Positions 7,996 to 14,338 of a DNA stretch of 27,755 nt are shown piece by piece; the first letter of the stretch is position 1; each line of letters opens with the position of its first letter. A model generated the notes under the pieces. The model made no database searches. It saw only the letters and a program-made list of their open reading frames with translations, and was not told the DNA's origin. This DNA comes from an uncultured bacterium. GTDB taxonomy: Bacteria; Hydrothermota; Tepidihabitantia; Tepidihabitantales; Tepidihabitantaceae. The stretch spans positions 1 through 27,755 of the forward strand of contig CAZVCQ010000002.1 in assembly GCA_964626085.1 (NCBI GenBank), given 5' to 3'. The position numbers and the translations under genes were made by a program.

Positions 7996-8481
7996 ATGGA
8001 CACCAAGGCATTTCTGAAGGCGATACCTGAGTTTGCGCATCTTACCGAGGCGGACGTTGACCGCGTGGCGAGCATTGCCCGCGTCGGCGAGGTCAAGGCC
8101 GGTGATGCAGTCGACGTGCAGGGCGAGCCCGCGACCAAGTTCTACATACTGGTCAGCGGACGGCTCGGGGTCGTGCTTGAACTCGACTTCGGCGTGACGA
8201 AGAAGAGCTACATCGTGACCTCGCTCGGCCCGGGCCACATGTTCGGCTACTCCGGGCTGGTCGGCAACCCGCGCTACACCGCGGGCAGCAGGGCGATGAC
8301 GAACTGCACCTTCCTCGAGTTCGACGTCGCGAAGCTCGATAAGGCATTCGAGGAGGACCTGCGCCTGGGCTACGTGATGATGAAGATGGTTGCCCAGACC
8401 ATTGCGTCGCGACTGCGGGCCATGCAGCTTCAGCTCGCCCAGCAGTACGCGCTCAGTCAGGCCGAGCAGTCCCCGGACTGA
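7996..8481 (+). CDS. Stand-alone cyclic-nucleotide-binding domain protein (no HTH)
   Basis: FL..IP.F..L, G..V..QGEPA..FYILVSG, LGPG.MFG...L....RYTA...A; ends after the C-helix. Confidence 0.85.
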   Translation: MDTKAFLKAIPEFAHLTEADVDRVASIARVGEVKAGDAVDVQGEPATKFYILVSGRLGVVLELDFGVTKKSYIVTSLGPGHMFGYSGLVGNPRYTAGSRAMTNCTFLEFDVAKLDKAFEEDLRLGYVMMKMVAQTIASRLRAMQLQLAQQYALSQAEQSPD

Positions 8482-8520
8482 ACTCTCCCGGAACCGACCG
8501 CAGGTCCGGCGTAATGAACG

Positions 8521-8544
8521 CGGGGCGCGGGATTCCGCGCCCCG
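8521..8544. terminator. Hairpin between convergent genes, probably a bidirectional terminator
   Basis: Perfect 10-bp stem cggggcgcgg-gatt-ccgcgccccg with weak U tracts. Confidence 0.65.
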
Positions 8545-8565
8545 ACTGGTTTGGCCTGACTCCAG

Positions 8566-8859
8566 CTAGAGGGGCTCCTCGACCGCGGCGATCTTCGCGT
8601 CCATGCTGCCGAACTTGTCACGCCGGTCGTCGATCTTCACGGTGGTCACGATTCGGTTGCAGCCCATCTTCGCCAGTTCGTCGTGCACGGCCTTGAGGGT
8701 GGAGAAGATCTCGTCCCATTCGCCCTGCACACAGGTACCCATGGGGTTGATCTGGTAGTCGAGGTCGGTCTCCTCAATCAGCTTGACGGCGGCTTTGATG
8801 TACGAGCCCACGCTCGTTTCGCCGGTGCCGACCGGCACGACACTGAATTCGACGATCAT
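8566..8859 (-). CDS. MTH1187/YkoF-family thiamine-binding protein
   Basis: EFSVVPVGT...SV..YI, PMGT.VQGEWDE, RIVTTVKIDDRRDK. Confidence 0.9.
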   Translation of the reverse strand: MIVEFSVVPVGTGETSVGSYIKAAVKLIEETDLDYQINPMGTCVQGEWDEIFSTLKAVHDELAKMGCNRIVTTVKIDDRRDKFGSMDAKIAAVEEPL

Positions 8860-8868
8860 CGGAACCTC

Positions 8869-9387
8869 CTACATGAATCGCTCGAAGCGGTCTTTGCCGG
8901 CCTTGCAGACCGGACACTTGCCCGGTGGATCGGGCCGCGCGCACAAGTATCCGCAGACTTTGCAGCGCCATACCGGGAGAGGAAGAGAGGACGGAGTAGG
9001 GGAGGAGGGAGGAGCCGGAGTCTCGGAATAGCCGTCGCGCATGAACCTGGCCGGCCGGCTCTCCGGTATGGAGCCGTGCTTCTTCTTGCCTGAAATCCAG
9101 TCATCGCTGACGTACAGGGCGCAGTAGCATGCGCCGGACTCTTCGACGTCCGAGTCGCGGTAGTAGCAGGGACATATGACGTCCACGTCCTTGTCTTTGG
9201 CCCCGAATGCGAGCCGGCAGGGACAGCACAGGTAGCCGTAGCGCTTCTCGTTCTCGAGCAGGCCCTGCACCAGCCGGAGCGTGAAGTTCCTGTCCGGGTT
9301 GAGACGATACCCGGCTTCCTCGGCCTCCTTCTTCAGGCGCTCGTAAGTCTTGAGCACTTCGTCGGGGAATCGTTCCTCAGCGTTCAT
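8869..9387 (-). CDS. Ferredoxin:thioredoxin reductase catalytic-type domain fused to a C-terminal rubredoxin-like domain
   Basis: CPCR, CPC and CYC motifs (YGYLCCPCR...ICPCYY...GACYCALY), then WRCKVCGY...CPVCKA. Confidence 0.9.
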   Translation of the reverse strand: MNAEERFPDEVLKTYERLKKEAEEAGYRLNPDRNFTLRLVQGLLENEKRYGYLCCPCRLAFGAKDKDVDVICPCYYRDSDVEESGACYCALYVSDDWISGKKKHGSIPESRPARFMRDGYSETPAPPSSPTPSSLPLPVWRCKVCGYLCARPDPPGKCPVCKAGKDRFERFM

Positions 9388-9665
9388 AGCTCGAGCAGTT
9401 CCCGCATGCGGTCTTCGTCAAAGCCGGTCACGACCTCGGCGTCAACCTGGACGGTCGGGAAGGACCCGCGGGGATTCAGCTCGCGCACCTTGTTCGAAGC
9501 CTCGGACCGTTCATCACCCTGGCACTGATCCACGTCGATGTACTCATACTGGACATGGTTCGTGTCGAGAAACCCCTTCGTCTTGTGGCACCACCCGCAC
9601 GTTGAAAGCGCGTAGAGGGTCACGCGGTGTTTGGCATTCTGGCCGGGGACATGGGTGAATTTCAT
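9384..9665 (-). CDS. Glutaredoxin/NrdH-like redoxin
   Basis: LYALSTCGWCHKTK active site, SFPTV cis-Pro motif, GFDE. Overlaps the downstream gene by 4 nt. Confidence 0.9.
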   Translation of the reverse strand: MKFTHVPGQNAKHRVTLYALSTCGWCHKTKGFLDTNHVQYEYIDVDQCQGDERSEASNKVRELNPRGSFPTVQVDAEVVTGFDEDRMRELLEL

Positions 9666-9679
9666 CGCTGGTTCCTTTC

Positions 9680-10141
9680 TTACTTGCTGCTACGGGCCTG
9701 GCAGGGCGCGCAGATTGCGCCGCCTTCGACCGGCGTGTCGCAGTACGGGCAGTGGCAGTCCTTTTTCTCGGTGCCGGGCTTCTTCGCCAGGTAGTTCTCG
9801 ATGGCCCGGTGGAGTGCGTCCGCGCCCAGATTGGAGCAGTGGAGCTTGTTCGGGGGGAGGCCGCCGAGCTCCTTGGCGACGTCGGCGTTGGATATCTTCA
9901 TCGCCTCATCGACCGTCTTGCCCTTGGCCATCTCGCTGACCATCGAGGATACGGCGATGGCCGCGCCGCAGCCGAAGGTCTTGAACTTCACGTCGGCAAG
10001 TCGACCATCTTTGATGGTGACATAGAACGTCATCATGTCACCGCAGACCGGGTTGCCGATTTCGCCCACGCCATCGGCGTTCTCGATCTCGCCCACGTTG
10101 CGCGGGTTGCGGAAGTGCTCCATTACCTTTTCAGAATACAT
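9680..10141 (-). CDS. iscU: Fe-S cluster scaffold IscU/NifU-N with a Cys-rich C-terminal extension
   Basis: YSEKVMEHFRNPRNVG, GNPVCGD, FKTFGCGAAIA, KLHCS. Tail CHCPYC...CAPC. Confidence 0.93.
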   Translation of the reverse strand: MYSEKVMEHFRNPRNVGEIENADGVGEIGNPVCGDMMTFYVTIKDGRLADVKFKTFGCGAAIAVSSMVSEMAKGKTVDEAMKISNADVAKELGGLPPNKLHCSNLGADALHRAIENYLAKKPGTEKKDCHCPYCDTPVEGGAICAPCQARSSK

Positions 10142-10150
10142 CCAGTCTCC

Positions 10151-10177
10151 TATAGGTCATATAGGTCCTATTGGTCC
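10151..10177. repeat. 9-bp tandem repeat (3 units) across the iscS stop codon
   Basis: tataggtca tataggtcc tattggtcc. Confidence 0.65.
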
Positions 10178-11412
10178 AATTCTTGTTCGTGCTCATGTTC
10201 GTCCTCGCACGTCTCGCCCGGCTTCACTGCGTAGGGGTCCTCGCCCCTCTGGAACTTTGCGTACAGCGGTGACATCTGCCGCAGTCGCTGCGCAATCGGC
10301 GGTAGCTTGTCGAGAAAATGGTTCACGTCGGCGTCGGTCGAGTCCTTGCCCAGGGTCAGAACCAGCGACGACTGGGTCTTGGTGTGGGGCAGGCCCATCG
10401 CCAGCAGCACGTGCGACGCCTTCAGGGTCTTGGCCGAGCAGGACGAACCGGACGCCGCGGCGATGCCCTCGTCGTCGAGGAACAGGAGCATCGATTCGCC
10501 TTCGACGAACTCGACCACCACGCTGACGTGGCCGGGCAGGCGGTTCGACATCGGGCCGGTGAAGATCACGTGGTCAAGCCTCTCCGGCAACTCCTTGAAG
10601 ATGCGCTGCGCCAGCCTCGTCATCGTCTCCGACCATTCGGAGAGCCGTGCCTCGGTCACCGCGGCGGCGGCGCCGAACCCGACGATTGCGGCGACGTCTT
10701 CGGTGCCGGCGCGGCGGTTCCTCTCCTGGAAACCACCCTCGACGAGCGACTGGATGCGGGTGCCGCGTTTCAGGTAGAGCGCAGCCGCGCCTTTAGGGCC
10801 GTAAACCGACATGGCCGGGAACGTGTAGGCGTCAACGTCCAGTCCGGCCACGTCCACAGGAATCCTGCCGACCGCGGCAGTGCCGTCGGAATGGAACGGT
10901 ATCCGGTACCGGTGCGCGATTGCGGCCAGCTCCTTGATGTTCTGAACCGTGCCGACTTCATAGTTCGCGTGCATCACGGACACGAGAGCCGTCTCCGTCT
11001 TGATGGCGGCTGCCAACTTGTCCGGATGGACCAGACCCTCGGCGTCGACCGGCACCTCGGTGAATTCAAACCCGAGTGTACATAGCGACTTCAGCGGCTC
11101 CAGTACCGACACGTGCTCGATCGAGGAGACGACGATATGGTTGCCCTTGTCCCGGTGGGCCAGGGCGAAGCCCTTGATGGCCTGGTTGTTCGACTCGGAA
11201 GCAGACGCGGTGAAGACAATGTCGTCGGGCCGGGACTTGATGAGTGCGGCGACCTGGGCGCGTGCGGTTTCGATTGCCTCCTTCGGTTTGTTTCCGAAAC
11301 GGTGCAGACTAGCCGGGTTCCCGTACTCCTCGGTGAGGAAGGGCAGCATCGCCTCCCGCGCTTCGTGCAACAGCGGCGTAGCAGCGGCGTTATCGAAGTA
11401 TGCAGCAGCCAT
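10168..11412 (-). CDS. iscS: Cysteine desulfurase-like protein (IscS/NifS group I) lacking the canonical PLP lysine
   Basis: YFDNAAATP, YGNPASLH, EHVSV, MHANYEVG, RAGTE and SGSSC (catalytic Cys). The SxHKxYGPKG motif reads PAMSVYGPKG. Confidence 0.92.
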   Translation of the reverse strand: MAAAYFDNAAATPLLHEAREAMLPFLTEEYGNPASLHRFGNKPKEAIETARAQVAALIKSRPDDIVFTASASESNNQAIKGFALAHRDKGNHIVVSSIEHVSVLEPLKSLCTLGFEFTEVPVDAEGLVHPDKLAAAIKTETALVSVMHANYEVGTVQNIKELAAIAHRYRIPFHSDGTAAVGRIPVDVAGLDVDAYTFPAMSVYGPKGAAALYLKRGTRIQSLVEGGFQERNRRAGTEDVAAIVGFGAAAAVTEARLSEWSETMTRLAQRIFKELPERLDHVIFTGPMSNRLPGHVSVVVEFVEGESMLLFLDDEGIAAASGSSCSAKTLKASHVLLAMGLPHTKTQSSLVLTLGKDSTDADVNHFLDKLPPIAQRLRQMSPLYAKFQRGEDPYAVKPGETCEDEHEHEQELDQ

Positions 11413-11472
11413 AACTGTTAGACAACCTTGGCCTTGAGCCGGGTTCCTTTCCTTTGGCGTCGCATCGCCCTA

Positions 11473-11500
11473 AGTCTAGAATCGGGTTTGGCCAAGTCAA
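11473..11500 (-). promoter_or_regulatory. Sigma70-type promoter for the iscS operon
   Basis: TTGACT-16 bp-TAGACT on the minus strand. Confidence 0.6.
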
Positions 11501-11521
11501 ATCAGGGCCGCGCCGGGTATG

Positions 11522-11917
11522 GCGGAGACGGGCGGCGAAACCGGCGCAAGACCTCGCGCGTTGGTTGCGCCCGCAACCGGTACAGCAACGGGGGCTGCAA
11601 TCGGGGAGATGGTTCGAGGGATGATTGTTCGGACAACGGGGGAGATAGCTCTCGGGAGAATGGGGAGAGCAATGAGGACCGCTACTTGACCCGCAGCGGG
11701 CTGGACTCCGGGCCGGGCAACAGGTAGGACAACGGGTAGAGTGATGGGCCACGCGATGGTCAGAGTGATGGGGCAAGCGGCCGGGGCTATCGTCGTCCAG
11801 ATGACGGGGACGACGACGAGCCAGACAGCCGTGGAGATGACTCGGGCCGCGATTCACCAGACGACTCACCACACGATTGGGGAGACTCTCTACCTCACCA
11901 TTCCCCCTACCATCCCT
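11522..11917. repeat. Degenerate 12-bp periodic array, 33 units
   Basis: Units such as acagcaacgggg, cggacaacgggg, aggacaacgggt, agagtgatgggc, agagtgatgggg and cacacgattggg fit the pattern NNN-RYN-RYN-(G-rich, becoming C-rich at the 3' end). Confidence 0.7.
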
Positions 11918-11965
11918 TGAATTCGCGCCGTTGCGCCTAAGGCGGCAATCTCCAGGTAGATACGC

Positions 11966-11994
11966 TTGAAAACCGGGTGAACGGCCTGTAGCCT
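11966..11994 (+). promoter_or_regulatory. Sigma70-type promoter for the XRE gene
   Basis: TTGAAA-17 bp-TAGCCT, then GGAGGT RBS at 12011-12016. Confidence 0.55.
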
Positions 11995-12022
11995 TATACG
12001 CCTACAAGCTGGAGGTTAGACT

Positions 12023-13177
12023 ATGGCGCATCATTCCAAGACCGCGCTCGATTTCGGCCCTGAGTTCAGGGCGAGACTCCGTGAGCTACGGAAGCGACGG
12101 GGGCTTACTCTACGCGCGATGGCGCTGCTGATGGATCGGCAGGGCGTGGGCGCGCACGTACAGCTTGCCCGACTTGAGAAAAGCCAAGTGAAGTATCCGT
12201 CCATCAATCTGATTGCCGACTATCTGCGGGCGTGCGGCGCTGGCTTCGAGGACCTGCTCGACTTGCTGAAGCCGCACACCTCGCAACGACCGGTGCTGAA
12301 GCAGAAGGGTGACGCGGCGGTGGCGGAGTTACTCAAGAGCCTGCCTAAGGCAGAGCAGCGTGCAATGCTCCGGTGGGAGAGGGCCACCGTTGCGGCACGT
12401 GAGGAGAAGGCGGCGGCACAGCCGGAGAAAAAGAAACCGCGGGTCGAGACAGGTAGGCAGCGGGTGTTTCGTATCGTCTGGTCGTTCATCCACGCAAACT
12501 GGAACGAGGTCTTCGAGCAGAAGCTGTACGAGGCGATGCTCAAGGTCAAGGATGAGGTGCCGCGGAGCCGGCGCAGGGACGCCTGCAACTATGGCCGCAG
12601 GTTCTTCGGAATCCTGACCCGGCACTACCGGCACGAGGCGCGCCGAGCGAGCGCTTTGGAGCGGGTCGAGCGCGATACAAGAAAGGCTGGATTCTCGAAC
12701 CAGGTCGTGGCGATGCTGCGCGATGCGGCGAAACAGGCCTACAGGGAACTGCTCTTGTCGGGACGGCTCGACTGGGAGCCGACTCCGGAGGAACTGGTGA
12801 AGAACAGGGGCCGTGCGCCGAAGGTTGAGAGGGCCGAGACACGGCTCGAGATGGACGAGGTCAGGCCGATTGAGGCAGCCAACAAGATGCTTGGCGTCAT
12901 CGATGCGCTGGCGGTGCAGGAAGTCGGTGCGCGTCTGGAGAAGTTGAAGATTGCCCACTACCACGGCCGGGATTACTACATCTTCTGGATTCACGGACTG
13001 ATTCCCATCGCCTACGCGCATGGAACGGATTCGCCGGAGTGGAAAGCAGAGGTCGAGAAGTGGGTGCCGAAGCTGCACGACCCTGAGTTTGCGCGCGAGG
13101 CGGCCAAGATGGTTGCGGACATCTACAACCGCTGGAAGGTCAAGCTGCCGCCGAAGCCGGGCCGAACCGAGGATTGA
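12023..13177 (+). CDS. XRE-family HTH protein with a long uncharacterised alpha-helical C-terminal region
   Basis: N-terminal RARLRELRKRRGLTLRAMA...LARLEK....PS...IADYL.A.G is an XRE HTH. Strong RBS. The remaining ~290 aa were not recognised. Confidence 0.85.
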   Translation: MAHHSKTALDFGPEFRARLRELRKRRGLTLRAMALLMDRQGVGAHVQLARLEKSQVKYPSINLIADYLRACGAGFEDLLDLLKPHTSQRPVLKQKGDAAVAELLKSLPKAEQRAMLRWERATVAAREEKAAAQPEKKKPRVETGRQRVFRIVWSFIHANWNEVFEQKLYEAMLKVKDEVPRSRRRDACNYGRRFFGILTRHYRHEARRASALERVERDTRKAGFSNQVVAMLRDAAKQAYRELLLSGRLDWEPTPEELVKNRGRAPKVERAETRLEMDEVRPIEAANKMLGVIDALAVQEVGARLEKLKIAHYHGRDYYIFWIHGLIPIAYAHGTDSPEWKAEVEKWVPKLHDPEFAREAAKMVADIYNRWKVKLPPKPGRTED

Positions 13178-13179
13178 AC

Positions 13180-13249
13180 CACAAAGACACAAAGGCACAA
13201 GGAACACCGGGCCGGAATCGACCGCAGATGACGCAGATTGCGCCGAGCG
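13180..13249. repeat. Adjacent 8-bp and 9-bp tandem repeats
   Basis: cacaaaga cacaaagg cacaagga (13180-13203) and cgcagatga cgcagattg cgccgagcg (13223-13249). Confidence 0.65.
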
Positions 13250-13297
13250 GGGACATGACCCAATTCCGCCGGGGAATTGGGATCGTGGCCCAAGCCC
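13249..13297 (-). repeat. Palindromic element, intergenic copy (same family as 26123-26168)
   Basis: Minus strand reads gggcttgggccacgatcc-caattccccggcggaattg-ggtcatgtcccc. Confidence 0.8.
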
Positions 13298-13332
13298 ACA
13301 TGAGCAGAGCAGGCCCGATTTGAATTCTAGCC

Positions 13333-13360
13333 TTGACAGCGCCGGAGTCCGGATTAGCAT
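13333..13360 (+). promoter_or_regulatory. Sigma70-type promoter for the secreted-protein array
   Basis: TTGACA-16 bp-TAGCAT. Confidence 0.65.
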
Positions 13361-13408
13361 GTCAGCTAGGAAACCGTGAATTCCGAGACGGGCGGCCCGA
13401 GCCGCGGC

Positions 13409-13480
13409 CGGCATCTGCCCTCGGACTTATTCAGGGTTCGGGCCGTGGGCAGTACGCAGTCCGCCGTGGGCCGTCACCAA
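13409..13480 (+). pseudogene. Decayed remnant of a C-terminal sorting domain in the 5' leader of the array
   Basis: RHLPSDLFRVRAVGSTQSAVGRHQ aligns without gaps to the array CTD end (RHLAPGVYFVR from 24329; VRAVSRELSAVSGHK from 24821). It contains five GC-starting heptamers (13442-13476). Confidence 0.55.
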
Positions 13481-13489
13481 GGAGGTAGT

Positions 13490-14326
13490 ATGAAGTTTGC
13501 ATCTGTGCTGTTGGCTATCGGCTGCGTGGTTTCGACTCTCTCGGCCCAGTGGTTGGAAACGACGATATCATTGCCCGACAGCTCCTTGCCTAATGACCTG
13601 TGCTACAACCCGACCGACAACAAGGTCTACGCTGCCAACTGGGGTACGGACAACGTTACGGTCATCGACGGCGCGACCAATACGATCGTCGCCACCATTC
13701 CGACCGCCGCCGAGCCGTCGTACTTCTGCTACAACTCACAGGGCAACAAGGTCTACTGCACGCACTACACGTCCGGCCTGGTTTCGGTCATCGACGCCGG
13801 GGTCGACACCGTGCTTGTGGTGATTCCTGCGGGCCCGTATGCGAGCAGCATCTGCTACAACCCGACCGACAATAAGGTCTACTGCCCGAGCTCCATGAAC
13901 AACAGCGTCTACGTGATCGACTGCGCGGCCGACACGGTCATCGCCAGGATCGCCTGCGGCGACTATGCCTGCGCGATGGTGCACAACCCGGTGCAGAACC
14001 GGGTCTACGTGATGAACCTAAGCGCCAATTCCATCTCGGTCATCCGCGACAGTACGCCGGCGGGAATCGAGGAAGGCCCGATGCCGCGAGCTGCCAGACT
14101 CCGGACGGCTGCCACCATCGTGCGCGGAGAGCTGCGCATGGAGGCTGGCTCAAGCGCAAGCTCAAGCCCAAGCTGGCTGCTGGACGCGGCGGGGCGGAGG
14201 GTCATTGAGCTTCAGGCCGGCGCGAATGACGTGTCCAACCTCGCGCCCGGCGTCTATTTCGTGCGTTCGGAGCCAGGCGCGGTGCTTGATGCGTTAAGCG
14301 CCACCAAGGTCGTGATTCAGAGGTAG
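13490..14326 (+). CDS. Secreted YVTN/YncE-like beta-propeller protein (short form) with C-terminal sorting domain
   Basis: GGAGG RBS and signal peptide at ATG 13490, CYNPTDNKVY...V.VIDG repeats, CTD TIVRG...LLDAAGRRV..L..GANDVS.LAPGVYFV...KVVIQR. Confidence 0.88.
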   Translation: MKFASVLLAIGCVVSTLSAQWLETTISLPDSSLPNDLCYNPTDNKVYAANWGTDNVTVIDGATNTIVATIPTAAEPSYFCYNSQGNKVYCTHYTSGLVSVIDAGVDTVLVVIPAGPYASSICYNPTDNKVYCPSSMNNSVYVIDCAADTVIARIACGDYACAMVHNPVQNRVYVMNLSANSISVIRDSTPAGIEEGPMPRAARLRTAATIVRGELRMEAGSSASSSPSWLLDAAGRRVIELQAGANDVSNLAPGVYFVRSEPGAVLDALSATKVVIQR

Positions 14327-14338
14327 GGAGGAATGACA

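Noticed and set aside
8976-9020. Strand-skewed Pro/Ser linker between the FTR and rubredoxin domains as a heptamer insert
   Set aside because: The register is not convincing by eye, and Pro/Ser codons alone explain the skew.
11687-11689. Selenocysteine or other read-through of the in-frame TGA
   Set aside because: There is no redox motif context or recognisable SECIS; a single substitution from GGA explains it.
11390-11872. 160-aa minus-strand ORF and the 99-aa plus-strand ORF at 11428-11727
   Set aside because: Their low-complexity products simply mirror the 12-bp periodicity, they overlap the iscS promoter or start, and they have no RBS.
11522-11917. CRISPR or other guide-RNA array
   Set aside because: There is no constant repeat alternating with unique spacers, and no cas or recognisable RNA-guided nuclease gene nearby. 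It is kept only as an unexplained periodic array.
11417-12021. GTTAGAC direct repeat (11417-11423 and 12015-12021) matching the integron core site GTTRRRY
   Set aside because: No RYYYAAC inverse core or attC stem lies upstream of the second copy and no integrase is present. Both divergent promoters lie between the copies, so an empty site would be non-functional. Probably chance.
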